Below, piece after piece: positions 46,682 through 56,564 of a stretch of DNA of 64,000 nucleotides. This DNA is from Mycobacterium sp. Lineage in GTDB: Bacteria; Actinomycetota; Actinomycetes; Mycobacteriales; Mycobacteriaceae. A program made the translations under genes and the position numbers. Under the pieces are notes generated by a model. It ran no database searches. It worked only from the letters and a program-made list of their open reading frames with translations, and was not told the origin of the DNA. Location: the NCBI GenBank assembly GCA_965229265.1, contig CBDDIY010000010.1, positions 1,974,045-2,038,044 on the forward strand. Direction: 5' to 3'. The number at the start of each line of letters is the position of its first letter. The stretch's first letter is position 1.

Positions 46682-47737
46682 ATGCCGTCGCGGCCCGCTA
46701 CCGTCAAGACCGTGGCATCGAACCTGGTCGAACGGGCGCATGAGATCGCCGACACGGTGTTGTTTTCTTCGGCGCTGGAGGTGGACCGGACCGGCCAGGT
46801 TCCCAACACCCATTGGGAGACACTGGCGCAGGCCGGGCTGTACGGGATCGCCGCACCCGCCGGCATCGGCGGCCCGGGGCTGGGCCTGCCCGAGATCATC
46901 GAGATCCTGGAGACGATGGCCAGCGGTTGTCTGGCCACCGCGTTCACCTGGGTGCAGCACCACGGGATGCTCGCCGCCCTGTCCGTCTCGGACAACCACG
47001 CCCTACGCGACGAGATCGCTCCGGGTGCCATCGCCGGGCGGATCCGCGGCGGCGTCGCCTACGCCGGGGCAGTACCCGTGCCGCCCCGGATGCGCGCGCA
47101 GCGGCTAAGCGGTGGGTGGCGATTGTCCGGGCACGCGCCCTTCGTCAGCGGCTGGGGTGTCATCGACGTCATCCAGATCTCGGCCGGCGACGTCGAATCC
47201 GGTGACATCGTTGCGGGTTTGGTGACCGCCGCCGAGCAACCGGGGATCACCGCGGTGACACCCCAGCCGTTGTTCGTCGCCGACGCCTCCCGCACGGTGG
47301 CGCTGGAGGTCGATGGCCTGATCGTGCCCGACGACCGCATCGTGAGCCGGGTCTCGCGCGCGGACTTCATGGCCAACCAGAATTTCGGGTCGCGGCTCAA
47401 TGCGACGCTGCCCATCGGCGTGGTCCGCCGCTGCGTACTGCTGCTCGAGGATGCCGGGGAAGACGACGCGGCAGCCGCGCTGCGCCGCCAGGCCGATGCG
47501 GTGCGGGAGCGGCTCGACGCCGGCCTGGGCGACGGCTCGCGGTTGCTGCAGGCTCGCGCCGAGGGCTGTGAGCTGGCCATCCGGGCCGCCGGTGCACTGG
47601 TCGCGGCGTCCGGCGGGCCGGCATTGCTGCGCTCGGCACCCGCCCAGCTGCTGGCCCGCTCGGCACTGTTCACCCTGGTGGCCGCCAGCCGGCCAGAGCT
47701 CAAACGCTCACTGATCAACCAGATGTCGCACGAATAA
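46682..47737 (+). CDS. Acyl-CoA dehydrogenase-like flavoprotein (monooxygenase subgroup possible)
   Basis: AGLYGIAAP, MASGC.ATAF.WVQH, W.LSG..PFVSGWG; lacks the canonical ACAD C-terminal motif. Start uncertain. Confidence 0.7.
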   Translation: MPSRPATVKTVASNLVERAHEIADTVLFSSALEVDRTGQVPNTHWETLAQAGLYGIAAPAGIGGPGLGLPEIIEILETMASGCLATAFTWVQHHGMLAALSVSDNHALRDEIAPGAIAGRIRGGVAYAGAVPVPPRMRAQRLSGGWRLSGHAPFVSGWGVIDVIQISAGDVESGDIVAGLVTAAEQPGITAVTPQPLFVADASRTVALEVDGLIVPDDRIVSRVSRADFMANQNFGSRLNATLPIGVVRRCVLLLEDAGEDDAAAALRRQADAVRERLDAGLGDGSRLLQARAEGCELAIRAAGALVAASGGPALLRSAPAQLLARSALFTLVAASRPELKRSLINQMSHE

Positions 47738-47740
47738 GGG

Positions 47741-48124
47741 TCAGCGCGTCCCGCTGAGCTCGGCCCGGTACGCGCCCGCATCGCCGACCAGCTCGACGGC
47801 GTCGCCGACGTCGACAGTGACAACGTCTTCGGGCTGCCGCGCCGTGAAGGGGATGCCGAGCAGACCGTAGAAGTCATCGGTCATCACGAAGGTGTGCGCC
47901 CGGGCGAACAGGGGCTGCGCGTCGAAAACCCGCACCCGCAGCTTCTCCCGGCGCAGTCGGCCCAGTTCCCGTCCGGACTCGGGATCGGTGATCACCGGGC
48001 CGGTGTCGGAGTCCACGGCGAACACCATGCCAACCATGACCCCGGCTTCGGTACCGCGGTTGATGACCAGCGTGTGGTCATCCTCGATCAGCGCGACCTG
48101 CCCGGTGATGGTTCCCCGGGTCAC
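47741..48124 (-). CDS. Small beta-barrel protein resembling the FlgT C-terminal domain
   Basis: LVINRGTEAGV.VG.VF.V, ITDPESGRELG, K.RV.V..AQP.FARA pattern. Confidence 0.55.
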   Translation of the reverse strand: MTRGTITGQVALIEDDHTLVINRGTEAGVMVGMVFAVDSDTGPVITDPESGRELGRLRREKLRVRVFDAQPLFARAHTFVMTDDFYGLLGIPFTARQPEDVVTVDVGDAVELVGDAGAYRAELSGTR

Positions 48125-48906
48125 GATGCCGCCAACGAATTGCTTTCTCGCAGGGCCGATGTCGATCCGGAGCCGGCCCGGATCCGCGGCCGCAGACCGT
48201 AGTCGTCGGCGCGCAACGGGATGTCGGTGTCCCCCGCGGTGTCCTGTTCGGCTCCCAGGGTGAGTTCGACGGCCGTCTTGGCCTGGAACAGCGCGATCAC
48301 TGCCTGCTGGTGGTGATCGGTGCCGAACGAGCTGAGCGCCACCGCCAGTTTCTTGTCGACGTATTCGACCGCGCGCTGCAGGTCCGAGGCAACCGGCGGG
48401 GCCGAGTGGATGCCGGCCTGAGCCGGGGTCGTCGAGGTCAGCCCGCTGTACCAGCGATGCCCAAGCGCCCCGAGGATGCCGGCCGAGACCGGGATGACCA
48501 CCACGGTGCAGACCAAGCCGAGGGTGGTGTCCAGCGCGATCGCGCCGACCACCCCGAGCAGCATGAGGGTGCCCGCGACGCCGAACAGCTGCAGAGCCGG
48601 CGGAACCGCCTCGGCCATGTGCCAGAGCCGCCGGATGGCGCCCGCGCCGAATCGGGCGACGGCGGCGATCGCCTTGCCGACGGCGGTGACGGCGATCAGC
48701 GCGGCGCGGCCGAGCTGGTCGGCGTGCTTACGGGTGACCGGGGACTTCGGCATCGACCAGGAACGCTTCGGCGCGGTGACGGCTGCCGCCTCGGCGGTGT
48801 TCGAAGGCTCGACGGCCGGCACGTCGGTTGCGAGCGGCGGGGTGGGTTGCCCATCCGACTGCTCGGCCGTTGGCTCCACATTAGTCACATTGGCATCAGC
48901 AGACAC
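48121..48906 (-). CDS. Hypothetical membrane protein (2 TM)
   Basis: Disordered N-terminus, two hydrophobic helices, helical C-terminal domain; stop overlaps the next start. Confidence 0.65.
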   Translation of the reverse strand: MSADANVTNVEPTAEQSDGQPTPPLATDVPAVEPSNTAEAAAVTAPKRSWSMPKSPVTRKHADQLGRAALIAVTAVGKAIAAVARFGAGAIRRLWHMAEAVPPALQLFGVAGTLMLLGVVGAIALDTTLGLVCTVVVIPVSAGILGALGHRWYSGLTSTTPAQAGIHSAPPVASDLQRAVEYVDKKLAVALSSFGTDHHQQAVIALFQAKTAVELTLGAEQDTAGDTDIPLRADDYGLRPRIRAGSGSTSALRESNSLAAS

Positions 48907-48974
48907 ACCCGTATCATCGCTCGCGTCTGCCGAATCGCCGCCCTGGCGCGCCGAGGCGGACCCGAGTCGTTCGG

Positions 48975-49469
48975 CTATCCGCTGGCTGCGGCGGCGATAT
49001 CGGCCGGGTTGATGCCGGCGAGGTCCGGGACGTTCTGCATGAGTTCGATGCGGGTGCCGTCGGGGTCGGTCAGGTAGATGAACCGGCCAGACGTGGGGTC
49101 GGCAACGTCACCCAGGACGGTCCGGCTGGACTCCACCAGCTGCCCGCCCGCGGCGACGATGGCCTCGGTCAGGCCGTCGACGTCCTCGACCCGAAACGAC
49201 AGATGGGTGAAGCCGAGCTCGGTCATCGGTTTACGTTGCCCCGATCCGGTCATCGGGACGTCAACCCACTGCAGCAGCTCGATCCGAATGTCGTCGCGGA
49301 TGAGCATCGCCGAGCGGAATCGGCCCTCCTGCTCCATGGTCGCGGCGACTTCGTTGTTGTCGAAGTCGAGCTGGTAGAGCTGGACGAAGCCGAAGACCTG
49401 GGTGTAGAAGCGGATCGAACGGTCGAGGTCGGTCACACAGATGCCGATATGCGAGAAGCCCTGGATCAT
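48975..49469 (-). CDS. VOC / glyoxalase-family protein
   Basis: HIGICVTDLDRSIRFY, IELLQW, HLSFRVEDV, DPDGTRIELMQ. Confidence 0.88.
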   Translation of the reverse strand: MIQGFSHIGICVTDLDRSIRFYTQVFGFVQLYQLDFDNNEVAATMEQEGRFRSAMLIRDDIRIELLQWVDVPMTGSGQRKPMTELGFTHLSFRVEDVDGLTEAIVAAGGQLVESSRTVLGDVADPTSGRFIYLTDPDGTRIELMQNVPDLAGINPADIAAAASG

Positions 49470-49533
49470 GCGCGCAGTGTGACAGAACGCGACTGCGCCG
49501 AGCCGGCGTCAGTACCGATGACCGGGAGCGGAG

Positions 49534-50757
49534 TTACCGGGTGGCGGTGCGCTTCGACATCGCGGTCGACGGCCGACCCGACGTGGCCGTCGAAGAGTTC
49601 TCGCGCTGAGCGCCACCCACGGAGCGATTGGCCGCCGCAGCGGTGCGCGGATGGCTTGCGTTGTCTGCCAACACATCACGGTGCCTTGCCGATCTAGCCG
49701 TGCCGCTGGGGCCGCCGGCGGCGATGTCGGCCGCGACGGCGGCGCGGACCGGGGCGGGCTTCGGGGTGGAACTCAACACCGAGGCGGGCACCTCATCGGC
49801 AGCAGCCAAGGCGCTTCGCGCGGCCGACGTGCTGGGGGCGCCGTTCCACCCAATGGCCTTCGCGATCGCCTCGGCCAGTTCCCTCATGGCCCCGAGTGGT
49901 CCGACGCCCGTTCCGGTCGCGAGGGGAACGTGAATGTGCAGCACGCCCAGCAGATTGTTGTCGTAGGCGAGATCGAGGGCGTTGAAGATCGAACCGCCCG
50001 GACTGAGCAGACCGCCCAGGGCGATGCCCACCTGTACGCCGTCGGGGAAGGTGACGCCGATCGACGGTCCGAGGGCCTGCGCCAGCGCGGTCAGGTCGAC
50101 GCGCTGCCCGCCGTTGAGGAACGCGTCGGTCATGGCCACCGGGATGGCGGCCAACGTGCTCACTGCACCTGCCAAATCCGGGGTTTGCGCGCTCACACCG
50201 GCGGCGATCTGCCCCAGGCTGGATTGCAGCACCATCAGCGGGCCCAGAACGGGTCCGGCTAGGCCGAGCAGCACCCCGCTCAGCGCCGTCGTCGAGACGG
50301 CCAGCAGTTGTTGGCCGGTCGCAGAGATGGTGAATTGCAACAGGGTCGGGATGCCGGGGAGTTGCAGGACGGCCGGCAGCAGCTCATAGAGGGTTCGGTG
50401 GGTGCCGTCCAAGGTGGTGGGGTCTGCCGCCGACACAACGCCGAGCGCGCGCTGGACATTGGCCTGGAGCTGGCTACCGATGCGGGCAAGGTCGGGCAAT
50501 TCGGACAGATACTTCTGCTGGTTGGCGACGATCTGCTGCAGGATCGGCGCGGGCGCCGCAAGCCACGCGTTGAGCAGGGCCGAGGCGTTCTGCCCTGCCG
50601 TGGACAGGACGTCCTGCCACTCGGGACTGGCCGTCAGGTGGATTGCCGCCTCGGTGCGAATGTCCAGCTGCGGCAGCGTAACTGGACTTATCGCGATGGC
50701 GGTGGCGCCCACCATGGCCACACCCGCGGCGACGAAAGGTCGAGAGGTTGCAAGCAT
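49534..50757 (-). CDS. Exported envelope protein, GjpA-like
   Basis: RPFVAAGVAMVGATAIAISPV leader; WQDVL..A..NA..L...APAPILQQIVANQ block recalled from GjpA-type proteins; basic tail. Confidence 0.55.
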   Translation of the reverse strand: MLATSRPFVAAGVAMVGATAIAISPVTLPQLDIRTEAAIHLTASPEWQDVLSTAGQNASALLNAWLAAPAPILQQIVANQQKYLSELPDLARIGSQLQANVQRALGVVSAADPTTLDGTHRTLYELLPAVLQLPGIPTLLQFTISATGQQLLAVSTTALSGVLLGLAGPVLGPLMVLQSSLGQIAAGVSAQTPDLAGAVSTLAAIPVAMTDAFLNGGQRVDLTALAQALGPSIGVTFPDGVQVGIALGGLLSPGGSIFNALDLAYDNNLLGVLHIHVPLATGTGVGPLGAMRELAEAIAKAIGWNGAPSTSAARSALAAADEVPASVLSSTPKPAPVRAAVAADIAAGGPSGTARSARHRDVLADNASHPRTAAAANRSVGGAQRENSSTATSGRPSTAMSKRTATR

Positions 50758-51075
50758 GTTGATTCCCCGTCGTTGTGCCACCCCTGACCCACGAGAACCG
50801 TATCGGAGAAGTGACGGCGACGAATTTGAAATCGCGAGGAATACCGGGAATCCGACGGGCCGATCTTGGCCCGCTTGCCGATGCCGATCGGCCCTGATCA
50901 GCGCGGTACAACCGCCTCGGCGGCAACCGCCGCCGACAGTATGGCAACCCCATGCGGAGACGACATTTGCCAGTCCGGGCCGAAAGACCCTTGGACCCGG
51001 GTCTGTTGTTTGACACAATTCGCTCGGGGTTTGCGGACGCCTGGGGAGGCCGCCGCAGAAGGGGGTTTGTAGATC

Positions 51076-52203
51076 ATGGTAGATACGGTGGCTCGGCGGA
51101 CAGCGGCGTTACTGGCGGGAGTGGCCGTCACCGCCTCGATCACGGTCGGCGTCGCCGGCCCCAACCTTCGCGCGACGGCGCTGACAGCTCCGGTGATGTT
51201 GAGCGCCACCGTCCTGGCGATGGGCGGACTCGGCTACGAGGACGTCGACACAGATCTCATGAAGCGGGTCCTCGCGGGTCGCTTCGCCAACGAGGACCAT
51301 TTGGTGGGCCTGCCGTGGCCGGGTCAGATGGCGCCGTGGAACGGCACGCTGACGCTGGGCGAGTCGGTCGCGGTCGGCCTCGAGAACATGGACGTCGCGA
51401 TCCGCAACACCCCCGGACAGAAGATCGTCGTCGGCGCCTCCGGCACCACGCTGGTCGTCGACGAGGAGATGCGGCGCCTGGCCAACGATCCGACGGCCCC
51501 GCCGGCCGACGAACTCTCCTTCGTGGTGATGGGCGACGCCAACCGCGGGGCATTCCGGTTCTTTCCAGGAGTGAAGCTCCCGATCTTCGACTACGTCCCG
51601 CAGATTCCGGTGACGAAGTACAACGTGCTCGTGGTGAAGGGTGAGTACGACGGCATCGGCGACTGGCCCGACCGGTGGTGGAACGTGCTGGCCGATCTCA
51701 ACGCACTGGCCGGCACCGGCTTGCTCCAGCAGATCATTCCCGAAGACATCGTGGACCAGTACGCACTGGATGAGTGGGGTTCGGTGCACTACGACGCCAT
51801 GTTCGCCGACCTGAGCCAGGTGCCGTCGAAGAACATCACCGTTTCGGTGAACACCGCGGGCGGGACCACCACCACCTACCTCGTGCCCACCGCGGACCTG
51901 CCGCTGCTGCGCCCACTCAAGAAACTGGGCGTGTCACAGGAGGTCATCGACAACCTCACCACGGTGCTGCGGCCGATCATCGACTCCGCGTACTACCGCA
52001 ACGACCCCCGCGATGTCGGGACCTCGGTCCGGCCCACCCCCGTCACCACCACGTCGGTAACAGCGGCGTCGGCGTCGGCATCGGCGAAGCCGAGGGCAGC
52101 CAAGAAGGCCGCCGCCGCACCGACGGCCGCCAAGGCGACCGCTGCCCCCTCCGGCAAGGCCGCCAGCAAGCGCGCGCGGACCGGCGCGAGGTCTGGCGGG
52201 TAG
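51076..52203 (+). CDS. Stand-alone PE-PPE domain (serine hydrolase fold) exported protein
   Basis: Signal-like N-terminus; LSFVVMGD, EYDGIGDWPDR..N.LA.LNA, N.AGGTTTTYLVPT..LPLLRPL, LRP.IDSAY.RND. Confidence 0.85.
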   Translation: MVDTVARRTAALLAGVAVTASITVGVAGPNLRATALTAPVMLSATVLAMGGLGYEDVDTDLMKRVLAGRFANEDHLVGLPWPGQMAPWNGTLTLGESVAVGLENMDVAIRNTPGQKIVVGASGTTLVVDEEMRRLANDPTAPPADELSFVVMGDANRGAFRFFPGVKLPIFDYVPQIPVTKYNVLVVKGEYDGIGDWPDRWWNVLADLNALAGTGLLQQIIPEDIVDQYALDEWGSVHYDAMFADLSQVPSKNITVSVNTAGGTTTTYLVPTADLPLLRPLKKLGVSQEVIDNLTTVLRPIIDSAYYRNDPRDVGTSVRPTPVTTTSVTAASASASAKPRAAKKAAAAPTAAKATAAPSGKAASKRARTGARSGG

Positions 52204-52388
52204 GGCAGCACACGGTTCTTCGACAACCGGCACAATTGTCGTCACTGGCGATCAGGGCACGAGCACCCCACTGATTGGGGTCGCGAAGTGTGCACTGGGC
52301 TCGCTACCCGGCGGCGAAGGAGACGGTTGCCCGTGCACGTACCCGGCAGGAACGGCCGCAGTCCGGACCGACCGGCTTACCGAGTTCG

Positions 52389-53705
52389 ATGACGCAGCCG
52401 GCTGCCGACCCCGATCTGCCCGATGACTCGATGCGGGGATCGGTACTCATCTGCTGTACCGCGGTGGTCGCGGGGGTGGTCATCGGGTTCGTCGGTGGCG
52501 CCTTCCGCTGGTGTCTGCAATGGGCCGATCGGCTGCGCCTCGATCTGGTGGACTGGGCGCATCAGCTGCCCGGGCCGGGGTGGCTGGTGCCGATCGCGGC
52601 CGCCGCGATCGGCGCCACGCTCGCGGCGCTGATCGTGCAGTGGATGCCGTTGGCCGCGGGTAGCGGCATCCAACACGTCGAGGCGGTATTCCGCCGCGAG
52701 GCGAAGCCGCCGTTGATTCGCCTGCTGCCGGCGAAGTTCATCGGCGGCGTGCTGGCCATAGGGTCCGGCCTCGTGCTGGGGCGCGAGGGGCCGACCGTCC
52801 ACATGGGAGCGGCGATCGGCGCCGAAGCGGCGCGACGGGCGCGACTACCCGACGCCGAGGTGCGAATGATGCAGACCGCCGTGGGCGGTGCCGGGCTGGC
52901 CGTCGCGTTCAATGCGCCCATCGGGGGCGTCCTGTTCACCCTCGAGGAGGTGACCAGGTCCTTCCGGGTCAAGACGATGCTGGCGACCCTCTTCGCGGCC
53001 GTCACCGCCGTCGCCTGTGCGCGTTTCGTCCTCGGAAATCGTCCAGATTTCGTCGTGGTGCCCACCAACGCGCCCAACCTGGCCTGGCTGCCGCTCTTCG
53101 TAGTGTTCGGCCTGCTGACCGGCTGCCTGGGCGCGGCATACAGCTGGCTGGTCCTGTGGTTCCTGGACCGTGTCGCCGCGTTTCGCCGCATCCCAAAGGT
53201 CGCAAAGGCGACCATCATCGGCGCCATCATCGGGCTGGCCATGTTCGTCTACCCGCAGGCCGTCGGCGGTGGTGACACCCTGACCCAGCTGATCGTCGGC
53301 GGACAACACATCGTGCTGCCGGTGGTCGTCGGCTACCTCCTGGTTCGCTTCGTCGCCGGGCCGCTGTCGTACTCCGCGGCCACCCCCGGTGGACTGTTCG
53401 CCCCCCTGCTTGCGCTGGGTGCGCTGTGGGGCGTGCTGTTTGTCGGGGTTCTCAACCTGATGTGGCCGGGAAGCCTTGCAGCGCTGACCATTCCGATGGC
53501 GCTCGTCGGCATGGCGGCGTTGTTCGGAGCCGCGGTGCGCGCACCGCTGACCGGTATCGTGATCGTCATCGAAATGACGGCGACGACGTCGGTGGCGGTG
53601 CCGATGATGGCCGCGACCGCCGCCGCCGTACTGGCCGCCTATCTCGTCGGATCGCCGCCGATCTACGACAGTCTGCGCGCGCGCATGCCCCCCGAAGCGG
53701 ACTGA
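52389..53705 (+). CDS. clcA: ClC-family H+/Cl- antiporter
   Basis: GSGI, GREGPTV (gating Glu), FNAPIGGVLFTLEE, GGLFAP, PIYDSL. Confidence 0.9.
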   Translation: MTQPAADPDLPDDSMRGSVLICCTAVVAGVVIGFVGGAFRWCLQWADRLRLDLVDWAHQLPGPGWLVPIAAAAIGATLAALIVQWMPLAAGSGIQHVEAVFRREAKPPLIRLLPAKFIGGVLAIGSGLVLGREGPTVHMGAAIGAEAARRARLPDAEVRMMQTAVGGAGLAVAFNAPIGGVLFTLEEVTRSFRVKTMLATLFAAVTAVACARFVLGNRPDFVVVPTNAPNLAWLPLFVVFGLLTGCLGAAYSWLVLWFLDRVAAFRRIPKVAKATIIGAIIGLAMFVYPQAVGGGDTLTQLIVGGQHIVLPVVVGYLLVRFVAGPLSYSAATPGGLFAPLLALGALWGVLFVGVLNLMWPGSLAALTIPMALVGMAALFGAAVRAPLTGIVIVIEMTATTSVAVPMMAATAAAVLAAYLVGSPPIYDSLRARMPPEAD

Positions 53706-53806
53706 ACGATGCGACACAGCTACCGCATGGTTATTTGCCTAGCCGTAACTTTGTGACTACCATCACGGTCGGGTTGGGGCCCGCCAAGACAATTAAGGAT
53801 CAGATC

Positions 53807-54538
53807 GTGTCGTCGACTTACTCCCCATTCTCGGTAGCAAAGATCTGCGCGGTATGCATCGGTGGTCCGCTGATTGCTCTCGGCGTCGGCGCGCCCACCG
53901 CCCTCGCCGCTCCGTCCGCCGGCTCGGGCAGCCCCCAGAAACAGGCCTCCGCCAACAGCGCCAGGGGCGCTGCCCAAGCGGGACCGAAGAGCATCAGCAC
54001 CGCCTCCCGGGCGCGGGCCGCAAACACGCCCACGCCGAATCTCGATTTCGCCATGTCGTTCAACGGAGTCAGCGTGTACCAGTCCGGGACCGCGACGGCG
54101 ACCTCCGAACCGGGATTCAACCTGGCGCTCGCGGGGGCCGGCAGCACCGCATACGCCGGTGGCGGCCTGTTCAATGTCGCCGTCGCCGACCACAACAGCA
54201 CCGCCAAGGCAAGCGGAGGCGTCTTGAACCTCGCCTCTGCCGATAACAACAGCACGGCAACCGCCGAGGGCGGTGTCTTTGTCGTCGCGCGGGCCGACAA
54301 TGGCGGCACTGCAACGGTTTCCGGTGGACGATTCAATACCGCGGAAGCAACCAACGGCGGCACGGCCACCGTGAGCGGTGGTGGTGAATTCAACACCGCT
54401 ACCGCCGACGGCACCAACAGCGTGGCATTCGCGGGCAACGGCAACAACAACGAGGCCAAGGCCTACTGCGGATCGCACGCCGACGCCAGTGGTGGCGACA
54501 ATCTGGTGGTCACCACACCCGTTGGCGGCTGCTCTTAG
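53807..54538 (+). CDS. Exported Ala/Gly/Asn/Thr-rich 18-aa repeat protein
   Basis: Signal peptide (APTALA-A), basic low-complexity linker, about seven 18-19 aa repeats, two C-terminal Cys; TAAGGA RBS. Confidence 0.7.
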   Translation: MSSTYSPFSVAKICAVCIGGPLIALGVGAPTALAAPSAGSGSPQKQASANSARGAAQAGPKSISTASRARAANTPTPNLDFAMSFNGVSVYQSGTATATSEPGFNLALAGAGSTAYAGGGLFNVAVADHNSTAKASGGVLNLASADNNSTATAEGGVFVVARADNGGTATVSGGRFNTAEATNGGTATVSGGGEFNTATADGTNSVAFAGNGNNNEAKAYCGSHADASGGDNLVVTTPVGGCS

Positions 54539-54565
54539 CACACCTAGACCTCGACGGCGGCGTCG

Positions 54566-55393
54566 CTACCAGATGCGGATCCAGTCGACGAGCAGAGCCG
54601 CCGGAAAGGTGCCCAGGGACGGGTCGCCGCCGCCAGGACCCCCGACCGCGAGGGTGAACATCGGCGACATCCAATAGCCGGGATTGTTGAACGGCCAGCG
54701 CAGGTCGGTCGGATTGCCGTGGACCGGTATGGGCTTCGGCGGCACGGTGAAGTACGGCGCCGCGCCGTCGACATAGTCTCGCCAGAACTTGAAGCCGTCG
54801 GCGTCCCAGCGCATCCGCCAGGTGTGCCAGGCGCCGTCGATCAACCCGGCGATCGACTTGCTTTCCCACGTCTTGCCGTTCGACGCTGCATGGACCGTGG
54901 TTCCCGGAGCCCAACTGCGGTTGCCGTAGAACTCGAAGATGTCGACCTCGCCGTCAGGCAAGGGATCTTCGTTCACCGCCCAGTACGCGGGCCAGGCGCC
55001 CGAGGTCAGGCAGTCGAGCTTGGCGCGCGCTTCCCAGGTGTGGCCCATGGGCACCCGCCAGTTGCCCCGCACCTTGCCGCTGAAGTACTGATCGTCCTCC
55101 CGGGTGGCCATGAGCACGAGATTCGAGTTTCCATCGAGGAAGACGTTTCGCCGGTCGTCGCGGTACTGACTGTCGACCGGTGGCCACACGTCGTCCTGCC
55201 AGTTCTGCACCGACCAGTTCGCCGGGTTGGGCGCCGAGCCCGCCGGCCCGTCGAAGTCGTCCTGGAATACATAGTTTGATGGGGCCCCAGGGCGCGGCGA
55301 CGGACTCGCCTCGGCGCTCGGGAGCGGGATCGCGGCGGCCAGCAGGCCCAGCCCCGACATCACCATCATGCTTCGGCGGTCCAATTCGGGCAC
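54566..55393 (-). CDS. Tat-exported GH16 beta-glucanase (Rv0315-like)
   Basis: DRRSMM Tat motif, FQDDFDGPAGSAP, GAWPAYW, catalytic GEVDIFEFYG, VDWIRIW. Confidence 0.9.
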   Translation of the reverse strand: MPELDRRSMMVMSGLGLLAAAIPLPSAEASPSPRPGAPSNYVFQDDFDGPAGSAPNPANWSVQNWQDDVWPPVDSQYRDDRRNVFLDGNSNLVLMATREDDQYFSGKVRGNWRVPMGHTWEARAKLDCLTSGAWPAYWAVNEDPLPDGEVDIFEFYGNRSWAPGTTVHAASNGKTWESKSIAGLIDGAWHTWRMRWDADGFKFWRDYVDGAAPYFTVPPKPIPVHGNPTDLRWPFNNPGYWMSPMFTLAVGGPGGGDPSLGTFPAALLVDWIRIW

Positions 55394-55447
55394 GGCTCGA
55401 CTTTAAGGTCACCGGCCTGATGCGGACAGCTGAAGCGCCGAATTCAG

Positions 55448-56350
55448 CTAGTGCTCGATCAGCTCCGGGTGGAACGCGGCTGCCATCCGACGCATTCCGT
55501 CGCGCCAGTCGACGGTCGTGGTTCCGATCAGCTCATGCATCTTGGTGACGTCGAGTGGATTCCCACGCAGCGTCTGCTCGGTCTCCTCGAACACCGGTAC
55601 CTTGCCGACGAGCGAGCCGAGATAGGCGCACCACTCCTGCAGGCTGACGAATTGATCACCACCCCAATTGACGATCGTGACCGGAACTGACGCCACCTCA
55701 ACCAGTTTCGGGATCATCGCGATGATGTCGTCCTCGTGGATCGGGTTGTAGACCGCAGGTCCGCCGGGCGGAACGGGGATGGGCATGTCGCCGAGCATCA
55801 TGTCCAGGTGCAAGAGCGGCCATCCGCCGTTGTCGCCGTAGGGGACGTTGAGGCGCGCGATGGTGGCCGGTATTCCCAGTGCACGCGCCATGGTCGCGAC
55901 GACGACTTCCCCGGCGATCTTGGTGATGGAGTAGGTGGGCAGCAGGGGCTTGTGGTTGTCGCCCAGAACGGTGCGTTCGGTGCGGCGCTCGTCGTCCGGC
56001 GGATCGTAGACGGCACCCGAGGAACAGTGCAGGAAGGCCTTCGTGCTTCGACAATGCGCCATGAGAAGGCCCGCCGATTCGGCATTGGCAGCGAGGTCTT
56101 TGTCCCACCGACCGCTCTTGGCCACCGCCAGGTTGAGCACGTAGTCGAAGTCCGACGGCACCCCGGTGAAGTCCCCCGCCGCCATGTTGGCGCTCTGGCA
56201 GCGCACACCGGCCTTCTCGAGACGCTCCCGCGCCGCCGAATCGGTGAAACGGGCAATGCCCCACACCTCGTTGTCGGCCGCGAAGGCCTCGGCGACGGGG
56301 ACGCCGACCTGGCCCGTTGCTCCGGTGATCAGGATTTTCGATCCACGCAT
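55448..56350 (-). CDS. NAD-dependent epimerase/dehydratase-family protein
   Basis: ILITGATGQVG, HCSSGAVY, YSITK, ARLNVPYG. Confidence 0.87.
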   Translation of the reverse strand: MRGSKILITGATGQVGVPVAEAFAADNEVWGIARFTDSAARERLEKAGVRCQSANMAAGDFTGVPSDFDYVLNLAVAKSGRWDKDLAANAESAGLLMAHCRSTKAFLHCSSGAVYDPPDDERRTERTVLGDNHKPLLPTYSITKIAGEVVVATMARALGIPATIARLNVPYGDNGGWPLLHLDMMLGDMPIPVPPGGPAVYNPIHEDDIIAMIPKLVEVASVPVTIVNWGGDQFVSLQEWCAYLGSLVGKVPVFEETEQTLRGNPLDVTKMHELIGTTTVDWRDGMRRMAAAFHPELIEH

Positions 56351-56527
56351 CGGCTGATGGTAGGCAGTCGACGGGCTCGTGACAGCGGTTTTGGCCGGGT
56401 TAGCCGCAGGCCCCGCGGACGCAACAGCAAGCGCATATCGGGCCTTGAATTTCGCTCGTGTTAAGAGTTCAGGTTTCCGCACGCCCCGTGTTGCGCGGTC
56501 GAATCACCCGCCATACGTTCGGCAGTA

Positions 56528-56546
56528 AGCGACTTGTTAAGTCGCT
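56528..56546. promoter_or_regulatory. Perfect inverted repeat upstream of the XRE-cupin gene
   Basis: AGCGACTT-GTT-AAGTCGCT, 18 nt before the GTG. Confidence 0.55.
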
Positions 56547-56564
56547 CTTAGCGAATCGAGGCAT

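Noticed and set aside
51076-52203. PE-PPE domain as evidence of an ESX/type VII locus
   Set aside because: No PE/PPE N-terminal domain, WXG100 genes or ecc genes in the window.
52389-53705. ClC as a fluoride exporter or channel variant (GSGIQ instead of GSGIP)
   Set aside because: It retains Ser, gating Glu, proton Glu and central Tyr and lacks the GNNLI signature of CLC-F; ordinary antiporter.
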